A DNA stretch of 62,916 bases, filler included, from Reclinomonas americana ATCC 50394 (Eukaryota): NCBI GenBank assembly GCA_048213135.1. It is 17 parts of 17 records of this genome, joined end to end, with 100 filler letters (N's around TTAATTAATTAA, not from the genome) between each part and the next. Parts side by side here need not be neighbours in the genome. Positions count along the whole stretch, not along the records: positions 21,193 to 22,380 come from AFZH01022239.1; positions 22,481 to 25,527 come from AFZH01022240.1; positions 25,628 to 26,812 come from AFZH01022241.1; positions 26,913 to 29,257 come from AFZH01022242.1; positions 29,358 to 30,703 come from AFZH01022243.1; positions 30,804 to 32,484 come from AFZH01022244.1; 11 more parts are not named here. One strand, given 5' to 3'. A program made the translations under genes and the position numbers. The notes beneath the pieces were generated by a model that saw only the letters and a list, made by a program, of their open reading frames with translations, was not told the DNA's origin and ran no database searches. Position 1 is the stretch's first letter. Each line of letters opens with the position of its first letter. Below, one piece after another: positions 22,065-32,584 of the stretch.

Positions 22065-22294
22065 TATTTATGACCGACTAGCGGAATGTCGCTTCTGTGC
22101 CATTGAGCTATCGCAATCTCGGCCCGGTATTAGGATCATTCGACGGGCGAGCCAACGTCGTTGGACGTCCCAAGAGCATAGGCGCCTATGGTCGGCATAA
22201 AGGACAATGGGGCATAATCGTCGCAGCCAAGCGTTGAGCATAACGTCCTAACGATCACGTTCCGCAACGGCGTGCGTGGTGCCACACAGCGATT

Positions 22295-22380
22295 TTAAAA
22301 TTCCGCCCAGCCTGAGTCGCCGGCGCGGCTGTTGGCGACCTTCCTGGCTGGGGCCGGCGCGGGGGCGGCGGCTTTGGCCG
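22295..22380 (-). CDS. C-terminal tail of a chemoreceptor ending in the pentapeptide GWAEF
   Basis: AKAAAPAPAPARKVANSRAGDSGWAEF*; probably continues the MCP across the gap. Confidence 0.8.
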
Positions 22381-22480
22381 NNNNNNNNNNNNNNNNNNNN
22401 NNNNNNNNNNNNNNNNNNNNNNNNTTAATTAATTAANNNNNNNNNNNNNNNNNNNNNNNNNNNNNNNNNNNNNNNNNNNN

Positions 22481-25049
22481 GGGCTCGTGCGAAGGCCGTT
22501 TCCGCGAGCTGACGCAGGCGGGCGGGCTCGGCGGAAGCCGACATCGTGCCATGGCCGGAGGGAGCTCCATCGTGCCCGGTCTTAAAGGCCGCGACGAGGT
22601 CGTTGAGCTGTCCGATGCGGTTGGAGAGCGAGCCGGCCGAGGCCGCGCTCTGCTCGGCCAGCGCCGCGTTCTGCTGGGTCATCTCGTCGAGATGCGCGAC
22701 CGCCTGGCTCATCTCGTCGATGCCGTTGGCCTGTTCGCCGGAAGCCGCCGAGATGTCGGCGATGGTGGCGGCGACCTTCTTCGAGGCGGTGAGGATCTGG
22801 CTGAGCTGCTCGCCCGCCTGACGCACCAGCTTCACGCCCTCGCCGACCTCCGTGTTCGAGGACGAGATCAGCGCCGAGATGTCCTTGGCCGCCTCGCTGG
22901 AACGCTGGGCGAGCGTGCGGACCTCAGAGGCAACAACCGCAAAACCCTTGCCGTCATCGCCGGCGCGGGCCGCTTCCACCGCCGCGTTCAGCGCCAGCAG
23001 GTTGGTCTGGAAGGCGATGTCGTCGATCACCCGGATGATGTCGGAGATCTTGGTCGAGGCGCCCTCGATGCGGGCCATGGCGTCCACAGCCTGGCCAGCA
23101 ATGGTGCCACCGATCTGCGCCGCCTTCATCGCCTCGTCGGCAATCGCCGCGGCATTGCGCGAGGCCTGGGCCGAGGCTTTCACCGAGGCCGCGAGCTCTT
23201 CGGTGGTCGCGGCGGTCTCCTCGAGCGAGGAGGCCTGCTCCTCGGTGCGCTTGGAGAGATCATCCGCACCCATGTTGATCTCGCGGGCGGCCAGACCGAC
23301 ATCGGCAGAGGTCAGCTGTATGGTCTGGACAGTCTCGGCCAGACGCTGAACGGTCCCATTGATGCTGCTTTTGAGGGCCCCGAGCACACCACGATAATCG
23401 CCTTGGACCGTATGGGTCAGGTCGGCTCCGGCAACGGCGTCCATGACCTCCGCAAATTCTGTCGTGGCCTTCTCCACCAGGGCCGAGACGTTGTTGAGGC
23501 CGACGGCGATTTCGCGAACGAACCCGTCCTTATTGTCGAGCGGAAGCCTCGCCGAGAAGTCGCCGTTCTGGGCGGCGCCAACGACGGCCGCGACTTCGGC
23601 CTGACCCAGGAGCTCGGCTGTCACGTTGCGCCAGACGAGCGTGTGGCCAATCGTCGAGCCATCGTCGGCGCGAATGTAGGCCATGTCGACCAGGATGGTC
23701 TCGTCGCCAATGTCGTAGCGGACCTTCCGGATATCGCCATTGTCGACCAGCAGTTTCCTGGAGAGATTGGGGTTGGTGCGGTAGTAGTCGAGATGCTGAC
23801 CGACCATTTTCTCAACAGCGAAGTCGCCCTTCACGGCACGGAAAACGGGTTCCATTCTCATCAGCATCTCGACCAAGGACGCGCTGAGGAAGGTGATGTT
23901 CTCGTTCGGATCGGTGATCATCAGCATGGTCGGCGACTGGTTCATCGCCGCGATCGTGAGCGCGCTGGCCTCGGCCTCGTGCTTGCCTCGATCCAGAGCG
24001 CGCGCGATCTCGCCGATCTCGTTGGCGAGGTTCAGATGTGGAACGGGCTCGGAGAAGTCGTTCTTCTGGAACCGGCGCATCGTTTTGATCAGGTCCGCAA
24101 TGGGATTGCGGATCGACCTGACGAAGCTCAGCGCGATGCCCATGGCCACGAGCACGCCGAGAAGCGCCAATGCAAACTCGATGAATGCTTTTGATTTCAG
24201 ACCCTCGATGCGCTGATCGAGAAGGCTGACGAGATTGCTCTCGACGGCCTGCCAGAGAGCATCCGATCCTGCGGCGATAGCTGCCTCGGCGGCGTCAAAT
24301 TCGGCGGGCTTCAGCGGATTGGGAAGGTTGCTGGCGATCACCTTCCGAAGGGTGGTGGTCAGCGACGACAGGCGGTCTGCGGCAGCGTTGAAGGTTGCCA
24401 GTTGCTCGCCCAGTTTGGAGCCAAGGTCCTGCCGACTATCCTGTGCTGACTTGATTGACGAGCGCAGAGCCGAAAGTCCCATGTCGAAGCGCGTCGAGGC
24501 TTGAATGAACGCCTCGTACTCGGTCATCGACACCTCCCGGCCAACACCGACGAACGCCTGATAGCTCTGCTCCATCAGCGCCCGCGCCACGACGATCTCG
24601 GGAAGCCTGACTGTCGCAGCGTCCATCAGGTAGTAGGTCGTGACCTCGGGATCGAGAGTCAGATTGGAACCGTCGGCGATCTTCTGGATGGCGACCTGAC
24701 CGCGGTCCAAGGCAGCCTCGCGGTCTTGCGCATTGGCGAGCGCCTGCCGGAACGCCTCTACCGCTGCCGTTGCAGAGAACCGACCCGAGACGGTCTCCGC
24801 CCGCTTCACGGCTTCCACAGCAGCAGGGTTGAGACTGCTGTCCGGTCGGGCCGCTTCAGCCAATCCAGCCCAAACGTCCCTGACCGCCTTGGCGCCCTCC
24901 ACCTCAAGCGATGAGAAGGCGACATCCTTCTGAACGGACTGTGCGATTAGCCAGGCAAAATGCCCGATGGGGAACATCAAAACGACCATGATCGCGGCGA
25001 TTTTCGCGCCCACGCTGAGGGACGCGATCCGGGTAGCCAGCGTTTTCAT
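22481..25049 (-). CDS. Methyl-accepting chemotaxis protein (TM-periplasmic-TM-HAMP-PAS-like-HAMP-MA)
   Basis: [39 protein letters not shown]-like [13 protein letters not shown]. Confidence 0.95.
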
Positions 25050-25627
25050 CGATGGGGTTCCGCAGCCGGGATAGGCAGCTGGAATCGTGCGACGCACACA
25101 TTAAATACTACCTAAGGGAATCACATACTCGGCCGGTTGAATGCGCCCACTCGGATTGGGAGACGCATCCGGTGGAGGTCGGCAAGGAGGCTCGGAGGCG
25201 CTCAGCGAGATGCCGCAACGTAATTGAAGTATCAGCCTTTTCTGTCAGTCGATCTTGGAGGGTACGAATTTTTTACCCGACCTCGCGAATAGAAGTGCCT
25301 GCGTTTCGAGGATGGCAACGAGTTCCTGAACAATCCCAGTTAGTTGGAGGCTGCCCTTGTTTCCTGACGTGGCGACCAGTTGGATCGACCAATGCCCATC
25401 CTGTCCTAGGTCGAAGACCGTGATCGCGGCCCCACCGTCGAGGTCGGCAATGTCCCTGATGGCCGCGATCTGGCGGCGCTTCTCAACCGCGGCGCCCTCG
25501 AGTTCCAGGAGGTCCGGTCGGCCGACANNNNNNNNNNNNNNNNNNNNNNNNNNNNNNNNNNNNNNNNNNNNTTAATTAATTAANNNNNNNNNNNNNNNNN
25601 NNNNNNNNNNNNNNNNNNNNNNNNNNN

Positions 25628-25887
25628 ATTGGCGCATCGCCCCGGAAGCGGCCCTGAAAGGCCTGCTATGGGTCTATGCCGAGGGGCAGGTGACGGCCGC
25701 GATCAAGCTGGTGCCGCTCGGGCATACCGCCGGCCAGCGCCTGCTGATCAACGCCGCCACCGCGATCGACGAGGCCGCTTCCCGGGCCCGCTCGCTGCGC
25801 GACGACGAGGTCGGCAATCTCGCCCCCGCTTTGGCGATGGCCAGCGCCTGGCACGAAACGCAGTACAGCCGCCTGTTCCAGTCTTGA
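25628..25887 (+). CDS. ureF: Urease accessory protein UreF, C-terminal part
   Basis: AAIKLVPLGHTAGQ...HETQYSRLFQS. Confidence 0.92.
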
Positions 25888-25977
25888 GCAGCTCCACGAC
25901 CAGCCCCAAGCCTCGCAATTCCCGGCAAGCCGACCTATCCTGCGACGGACAGGGGTTTGCCGGGAGCAGGATCCAGG

Positions 25978-26451
25978 GTGGAACGGGTCACGATCACCAT
26001 CGATGCCGACTTGCTGGCCTTCGTCGACACGCTGAGCGCGACGAAGGGCTATGGCAGCCGCTCGGAAGCGATCCGGGACATCCTGCGCAAGGCGGCCCGC
26101 ACCGAGCGGCAGGCCGACCCGGAAGCCCCCTGCTTCGCGACGCTCGCCTATGTCTACGATCACGAGACGCGCGACCTCGCCCGCCGGCTGACCAACCAGC
26201 AGCACGATCACCACGATCTCTCCATCGCGACGCTGCATGTCCATCTCGACCGGCACGAATGCCTGGAGGTGGCGGTGCTGCGCGGCACCAGCGGGGCGGT
26301 ACAAAGCTTCGCCGACGGGGTGATCAGCCAGCGCGGCGTCCGCCACGGACAGCTCCATCTCCTGCCCGGCGCGCCCGATGCCGCGCATGGGCATGAACAC
26401 GGACATGAGCATGGGCCCGGCCATGCGCATTCGCACGCGCACGACGACTGA
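25978..26451 (+). CDS. nikR: Nickel-responsive regulator with a His-rich tail
   Basis: RVTITID..GYGSRSEAIRD (RHH domain), YVYDH, QHDHHD, LHVHLDRHECLE. Confidence 0.95.
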   Translation: MERVTITIDADLLAFVDTLSATKGYGSRSEAIRDILRKAARTERQADPEAPCFATLAYVYDHETRDLARRLTNQQHDHHDLSIATLHVHLDRHECLEVAVLRGTSGAVQSFADGVISQRGVRHGQLHLLPGAPDAAHGHEHGHEHGPGHAHSHAHDD

Positions 26452-26509
26452 AGCGCGGCAGGCGCCATCGGCTCCGACGCGGATTCGCGTTTGCCACCAG
26501 GGTCGCGCG

Positions 26510-26543
26510 GCCGTATGATGTTTTTCTGAAAACATCATACGGC
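26510..26543. promoter_or_regulatory. NikR operator
   Basis: GTATGA-N16-TCATAC (26513-26540) inside a 15-bp-arm inverted repeat just before the ABC binding-protein gene. Confidence 0.9.
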
Positions 26544-26551
26544 GAGCACCC

Positions 26552-26812
26552 ATGGCAAGGCTCCTTCCCGCGTCGCTCGCAGTCGCCCTCTGCCTGGCCG
26601 CTCCGGGCCAGGCCACCGATCGACAGCCCGCCTTGCGCGTTGCCGAAATCTGGGAAATCGCCACGCTCGATCCGACCCAGGACGGCACGTTGATGAAGGA
26701 AAAGGCCATGGTCACCGAGACGCTGGTGATCGGCAGGCCCGATTTCACTCTGGCGCCCGGCCTCGCCACCTCCTGGCGCCGCGACAGCGACACGCTCTGG
26801 ACCTTTACGCTG
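26552..26812 (+). CDS. ABC substrate-binding protein, family 5 (NikA-like), N-terminal part
   Basis: Signal peptide, TLDP, ETLV, PGLATSW..WTFTL. Confidence 0.8.
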
Positions 26813-26912
26813 NNNNNNNNNNNNNNNNNNNNNNNNNNNNNNNNNNNNNNNNNNNNTTAATTAATTAANNNNNNNNNNNNNNNNNNNNNNNNNNNNNNNN
26901 NNNNNNNNNNNN

Positions 26913-27341
26913 GGCGAGGTCATGTCCGCCCTCGGCCAGATCGACGAAGCTGTCACCGAAGGCGAGGTCGAGCTCAAGCTGCGGGTGTCGGCGCGCGAGA
27001 TCGAGCAGGATCGGCATGACGCAGCAGCGGCCGAACAGCACCGGCAGCGCCACGCGAAGCCTGCCACGCGGCTCGCCGAATTGGTCGGCAGCGAGCGCAT
27101 CGGCCGCCTCGGCCTCTGCGAGGACGGTCTTGCAGCGTTCGTAATAGGCACGGCCGAACTCGGTCAGGCTCTGCCGCCGCGTCGTGCGGTTGAGCAGGCG
27201 CACGCCAAGCCGTTCCTCCAGGAAGCGGACATGCTTGCCGACCATCGGCGCCGACAGGCCCAGCTCTGATGCAGCCGCGGCGAAGGAGCCGAGGTCGACC
27301 GCCCTGATGAAGACGCTCATGCTGGTGAGGCGATCCATCAT
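26913..27341 (-). CDS. LysR-family regulator (3' partial)
   Basis: GSFAAAA..LEERLGVRLLNRTTRRQSLT. Confidence 0.93.
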
Positions 27342-27435
27342 CCGAAATCACCAGTTCTGATTATCGATCACGGAGCGAAATTTATCGCAGGATGACGCTC
27401 TGCCATAGCTCATTCATTCGCTCTGTTTTGGAGTC

Positions 27436-28431
27436 ATGAGCATGGCCCGCACGATCCGCTTTCACCGCCATGGCGGCCCCGAGGTCCTCACCATCGAGGA
27501 CGTCGATATCGCACCGCCCGGCCCCGGCGAGATCCGGATCCGGACCAGGGCACTCGGCCTCAACCGCGCCGAGGCGCTGTTTCGCTCTGGTAGCTATATC
27601 GAGCAGGCGCAGTTTCCCTCGGGTATCGGCCTCGAAGCCGCCGGCCTGATCGAGAGCATCGGCGCCGGCGTCGAGGGCCTCTCGCCCAGCGATGCCGTCA
27701 GCCTTGTGCCGCCGCGTTCGATGGTGAGCTGGCCGGTGCATGGCGAGTTCGTCACCGTCCCGGCCGAGCTGGCGATCAAGCACCCGCCGACGCTGAGTTG
27801 GGAAGCGGCCGCGGCCAGCTGGATGCAATATCTCACGGCCTATGGCGCGCTGATCGACATCGCCCGGCTCGGCCGCGGTGAACATGTGGTCATCACCGCC
27901 GCGTCGAGCAGCGTCGGCCTCGCCGCGATCCAGATCGCCAACCGGGTCGGCGCGATTCCGATCGCGGTGACGCGGACCTCGCGGAAGGCAGAGGCGCTGC
28001 GCGACGCCGGCGCGGCCCATGTCATCGCCTCAGCGGAGGAGGATATCGAAGCCCGGCTGAAGGAGATCGCCGGCGAGGGCGGCGTCAGGGTGGTGTTCGA
28101 CGCCGTCGGCGGGCCCGCCTTCCTGCCGCTGACCGCTGCGATGGCACGCGGCGGCATCCTGATCGAGTATGGCGGCCTCAGCCCGGAGGCGACGCCCTTC
28201 CCGCTCTTCAACGTGCTGAGCAAAGGCCTGACGCTGCGCGGTTACCTCGTCCACGAGATCACCGGCAATCCCGCACGTCTCGCTGCCGCCAAGGCCTTCA
28301 TCCTCGATGGACTGAACGACGGCTCGCTGAAGCCGATCATCGCCCGGACCTTCCCGTTCGAAGAGGTCGGCGAGGCGCATCGCTATCTCGAAGCGAACGA
28401 ACAGTTCGGCAAGGTCGTGGTGACGCTTTAA
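27436..28431 (+). CDS. MDR-family quinone oxidoreductase-like protein
   Basis: GGPEVL, LGLNRAE, GLEAAG, ITAASSSVGLAAIQ, FGKVVV. Confidence 0.9.
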   Translation: MSMARTIRFHRHGGPEVLTIEDVDIAPPGPGEIRIRTRALGLNRAEALFRSGSYIEQAQFPSGIGLEAAGLIESIGAGVEGLSPSDAVSLVPPRSMVSWPVHGEFVTVPAELAIKHPPTLSWEAAAASWMQYLTAYGALIDIARLGRGEHVVITAASSSVGLAAIQIANRVGAIPIAVTRTSRKAEALRDAGAAHVIASAEEDIEARLKEIAGEGGVRVVFDAVGGPAFLPLTAAMARGGILIEYGGLSPEATPFPLFNVLSKGLTLRGYLVHEITGNPARLAAAKAFILDGLNDGSLKPIIARTFPFEEVGEAHRYLEANEQFGKVVVTL

Positions 28432-28475
28432 AGGCCCCTGTCTTCAATGGACTAGGCTTCGACAGCAACCACGGT

Positions 28476-28585
28476 GTCGTCCCGGACAAGCCGCGTAGCG
28501 GCGCCGATCCGGGACCCATGCCGGAACCTCTCCGACCAAGGTTCCGGAATGGGTCCCGGGTCTTCCTTCGGTCGCCCGGGACGAC
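28476..28585. repeat. REP-like nested palindromic element
   Basis: gtcgtcccgg...ccgggacgac outer inverted repeat; inner ccgggacccat/atgggtcccgg and ccggaacc/ggttccgg; lies between convergent genes. Confidence 0.8.
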
Positions 28586-28618
28586 TCGCGCTTTGTTGGC
28601 AGACGCTGGAAACCTCTT

Positions 28619-29257
28619 TCAGCCCCAGCGCCTGAACAGCACGCTGGCATTGACCCCGCCGAAGCCGAAGCCGTTCGAGATGGCGTGCTCCATCGCAAGC
28701 GGCCGCGCCGTCTTCGCCACCAGGTCGAGCCCGGTCGCATCCTCGTCCGGGTTCTCGAGATTGAGCGTCGGCGGCGCGACCTGGTCGCGCAGGGCAAGGA
28801 TCGTGAAGACCGCCTCCAGCCCGCCGGCGGCGCCAAGCAGATGACCGGTGGCGGACTTCGTCGCGCTGATCGCGATGCCACCTTCCTCGCCGAACACGGC
28901 CTTGATCGCTGCGAGCTCGCCGCGATCGCCGACCGGCGTCGAGGTCGAATGCGCGTTGAGATGGGCGACATCGCCGGGCTTGAGACCCGCCTGCTTCAGC
29001 GCCGTCTCCATCGCCCGGCGTGCGCCCGAGCCGTCCTCGGGGCCGGAGGTGATGTGATAGGCGTCTGCGCTGGTGCCGTAGCCGGTGAGTTCCGCGATGA
29101 TCGTCGCGCCACGCGCCTGCGCATGCTCCAGCGCCTCGATCACCAGGATCCCGGCGCCCTCGCCCATGACGAAGCCGTCGCGGTCACGGTCGAAGGGGCG
29201 CGAGGCCTTCTCCGGCTCGTCGTTGAACCCGGTCGAAAGCGCCCGCGCCGCGGCGAA
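28619..29257 (-). CDS. fabF: Beta-ketoacyl-ACP synthase II, C-terminal part
   Basis: GFVMGEGAG, NAHSTST, KSATGHLLGAAG, SNGFGFGGVN. Confidence 0.92.
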   Translation of the reverse strand, partial: FAAARALSTGFNDEPEKASRPFDRDRDGFVMGEGAGILVIEALEHAQARGATIIAELTGYGTSADAYHITSGPEDGSGARRAMETALKQAGLKPGDVAHLNAHSTSTPVGDRGELAAIKAVFGEEGGIAISATKSATGHLLGAAGGLEAVFTILALRDQVAPPTLNLENPDEDATGLDLVAKTARPLAMEHAISNGFGFGGVNASVLFRRWG

Positions 29258-29357
29258 NNNNNNNNNNNNNNNNNNNNNNNNNNNNNNNNNNNNNNNNNNN
29301 NTTAATTAATTAANNNNNNNNNNNNNNNNNNNNNNNNNNNNNNNNNNNNNNNNNNNN

Positions 29358-29776
29358 AGCCCGCCATAGATCGCCTCGAAGGCCGGGCTCGGCGTCAGCA
29401 TCTCGCGCACGACGAAGCGGGCGACGACCTCGCTCTCCGGCACCGTCGTCAGGAAGGCGACGACCCGGTCGATCAGCGCGAGCAATTGCTCGGTGGCGAC
29501 CTCCCGGTCGGCAGCTTCGAGTGCCATCGAGACCGCAGGCGCCCCGCCGACCAGCACAGCCTGCATGCGGGCGATGATCGCCTCGGCACAGGCTTGCCGC
29601 AGCCCATCCTTGCCGCCGAAGTGATAGGCGATGCCGGCGCTGTTGACCTTCGCCGCCTGGGCGATCTCGCGCGTCGAGGTCGCATCGAAGCCATTGCGGC
29701 CGAACAGGTCGAGCCCGGCGCGGATCAGCGCCTGCCGCGTGCCCTCGGCGTCTTTGAGGATGGATATGCGTGCCAT
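29358..29776 (-). CDS. TetR-family regulator (CecR/YbiH-like), 3' partial
   Basis: FGRNGFDATSTREIA..IAYHFGGK. Confidence 0.88.
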
Positions 29777-29800
29777 GCCAAAGCATATCATCAACACTCG

Positions 29801-29824
29801 CTTCAATCAATCGATTGATTGAAG
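29801..29824. promoter_or_regulatory. Perfect 24-bp palindrome, likely TetR operator
   Basis: CTTCAATCAATCGATTGATTGAAG, about 25 nt upstream of the TetR ATG. Confidence 0.8.
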
Positions 29825-30267
29825 ACTGAGGACATCAAACGCCGACGCGGCCGAATTCGTCTCAAGATGCAGAAAGTTTGTCACGCCCCTCCGCGCTTCT
29901 GCGTATATCAATGGGCGTAGGGCGAAGGCACTCATCGACAACAAGCAAAATGGCCCGGTGAGCCGGCACTTACAGCTCGCGCCAGTCCCGGAACTCCGGC
30001 CCCCGCCCGAAAGCAGACCTCTGCGACGCAGTTGCCGTGACCGCGCGCAAGCGAGGCATTACCGCGTCCGGCTCGGAGGGTGCGGAATCTCGTCGACCTT
30101 GACCGACTCAACCAGGTCGTTAACCCATAAACGTTACGAAGCCGAAACGAGTGGAGAACGAGCTTTTGTCCCCCGAAGACTGCCATCGGATGCCTAACGG
30201 ATAACGGACGTTCGGGCAGTGGCCAGGCCGGTCACACCCGCCGCGTGCGCATCCAGTACAAGACGGC

Positions 30268-31280
30268 TTAGAACGGGTTGACGTAATTCGTGATCGCGAT
30301 CTGGCGCAGAAGTACTTTGCGGATCACGTGGGCGGCCGCGACCCGGTCCGTGAAGATGGCGGCGTCACCGGCACTGCCGGCGGGCAGGGTCCGGGCGAAG
30401 ACCTCATCGTCTAGTTTGACCCGCACGGCGAATGGAGCCGCCTGTATCGCCTTCGGTGTCACCGCCAGGCCGGATGCCTGCACCTGGCCGCTGGCGATCG
30501 CCTGGAACACGCTTTCGACCTTGCCGGTGTAGATGGTGCCCGGACTGAACTTGAAGGTGAGCTCGACCGGCTGACCGGAAGCGATATAGCGGGCGTCGAC
30601 TTGATTGATCTCGACACCGACGATGGTCTCCGAGGTGTCTATGAAGGCCATGGCTGGCGCGAGTGGCAGGTTCGCAACCCGGGCGCCCTTCCTCAAAGCT
30701 AGANNNNNNNNNNNNNNNNNNNNNNNNNNNNNNNNNNNNNNNNNNNNTTAATTAATTAANNNNNNNNNNNNNNNNNNNNNNNNNNNNNNNNNNNNNNNNN
30801 NNNAACCGTCGTCTTCTCCAGGTTCCACCTGGCTCCTTCCAGCTGCGCCTTGAGCTGGTCGACGGTAGCCTGCCGCTCCTCGACGTCGAAGGCGCGTCCC
30901 GTGCCGCTGTTCTGCAATTGCGACATCTGCGCAAGCCGTGTCTCGGCCAGCTTCAGCTGCGCATCGATCGTGTCCACCTGGGACTGGAAAGGCACTGGAT
31001 CGATCTTGAAGAGCACGTCTCCGGCCTTGAGGGGAGCGTTCGCCCTCGCCGCGACCTCGACGACTTCTCCCGCGACATCCGGAACGATAGCGACCGAGTT
31101 GCGAAACACAAGCGCTGAGCCCTGCGGCGCGCCCCAGTTCATCGGAATGAAGAGACCGATCATCAGCAACAGGAAGACGATGACCGGCGACACCTTCCAG
31201 AAGGTGTTGAACGGCACGACTTTCGTCTTCACCAGCACGAAGAGCAGCGCCAGGTAGACATTGAGGAGGACGACGATCAT
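30268..31280 (-). CDS. HlyD-family secretion protein split by an assembly gap
   Basis: N-part (31280-30804) has PDVAGEV..GDVLFKID; C-part (30703-30268) has LPAGSAG. Confidence 0.85.
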
Positions 31281-31522
31281 GGCGCGGGAACCCGGCGCGG
31301 GTTTGTCGGTACGTCGACATAGGCCCAGATCAGGACGACGGGCCAGAGCACGAAGCCGAGGAACAGGGTGACCCAGCCGCCGACTGTGACGGCCTCGGCC
31401 CATGGGTGGTTGCGCTTGCGGGCTATGACGCCGGGCAGCGATCCCATGAAGGCGATGACGATGACCGTGCTAACGATCAGCACGACCAGGACGATCCAGG
31501 CGAAGATATCGAGCGGCGCCAT
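31277..31522 (-). CDS. DUF3302 small membrane protein
   Basis: LPGVIARKRNHP.AEAV..GW..LWP..LIWAY. Confidence 0.88.
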   Translation of the reverse strand: MAPLDIFAWIVLVVLIVSTVIVIAFMGSLPGVIARKRNHPWAEAVTVGGWVTLFLGFVLWPVVLIWAYVDVPTNPRRVPAP

Positions 31523-31529
31523 GGCGATC

Positions 31530-31856
31530 TCAGCTCGCCGGCCGTGCGTCGGGGAACTTCCACCGGCCGCTCAGGATCTCAGCCTTCGGGCGGTACAGCC
31601 GGACCATGTAGTTCCAGTCCTTCATGATTGGCAGACAGTTCGGCACCTTCCCATCGCAGCCTCCGAACCTGACCGTCACCGAGCCGTCCGGGTCCTTCGC
31701 CGCCGTAATGTTGTTGAGCGAATAGGCGTTTAGGTCGTTCTTCTGGTAATAGCCCTCGCCGTTATAGAGGCTGATCGACCAGAAGCCGTTGACCGGCACG
31801 TCCTTGACGTTGAGCACGTAGTTTGTCGCCCCGTCATTCTTCGGCGGAGTCACGTT
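31530..31856 (-). pseudogene. DUF1214-domain protein, C-terminal remnant
   Basis: VPVNGFWSISLYN, NCLPI..WNYMVRLYRP; the 5' end is replaced by an IS remnant. Confidence 0.8.
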
Positions 31857-31859
31857 GAT

Positions 31860-32100
31860 GGCGGATCACCATCCTCTTCGACCGAACAAGCATCGAGAAA
31901 TGCCGCGCGTAGATGATCGGCGTATTCTGAACGGTATCCTCTGGGTTTTGCGCTCCGGTGCGCCGTGGAAAGACCTGCCGGGTGGAAAGACCTGCCGGAG
32001 CGCTATGGCCCCGAGCGCCGGCACCGCGCGCGAGGGCAGCATCGAGATGATCGATAGCACTTCCGTACGCGCATATCAGCAAGCTGCGACGACAAGGGTC
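31860..32100 (+). mobile_element. Decayed IS5-family transposase fragment
   Basis: [26 protein letters not shown], then MIDSTSVRA after a deletion. Confidence 0.85.
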
Positions 32101-32273
32101 CACGCCATATCGGGCAGCGACAGGTTGATACTCCGGCCAACGCAGCTGCGAAAGGATACAGAAGGCGAAGGAGCGGAAGTTCCGGGATCATCGATCTGCG
32201 CGAAACTGGGCTATCCAAGGCCGATCCGAATGTATGCCCCGAAGCCAGACCGAGCGGATATTCACCGCTCAAT

Positions 32274-32484
32274 TCAGGCGGCTCGTCCGCCAGTTTGAAC
32301 CACGGCAAGTGCATCTTCGGCGATGACCGCTTCCTCGTCGGTAGGGATCACGAAAGCCGCAACACGGGCACCAGCCCGGCTGATCAGCGGCGCGCTGGCG
32401 GCATTGGCGGCCTCGTCGAGTTCGAGGCCGAGCCATTTCAGTCGTTCCACCACAGCTCTTCGGATCGGCGGCTGGTGCTCGCCG
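32274..32484 (-). CDS. ackA: Acetate kinase, C-terminal part
   Basis: GEH..IR..V..L.WLG.ELD..AN...[11 protein letters not shown]. Confidence 0.85.
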
Positions 32485-32584
32485 NNNNNNNNNNNNNNNN
32501 NNNNNNNNNNNNNNNNNNNNNNNNNNNNTTAATTAATTAANNNNNNNNNNNNNNNNNNNNNNNNNNNNNNNNNNNNNNNNNNNN

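Noticed and set aside
22551..24194. 547-aa plus-strand ORF
   Set aside because: Antisense shadow of the chemoreceptor in high-GC DNA.
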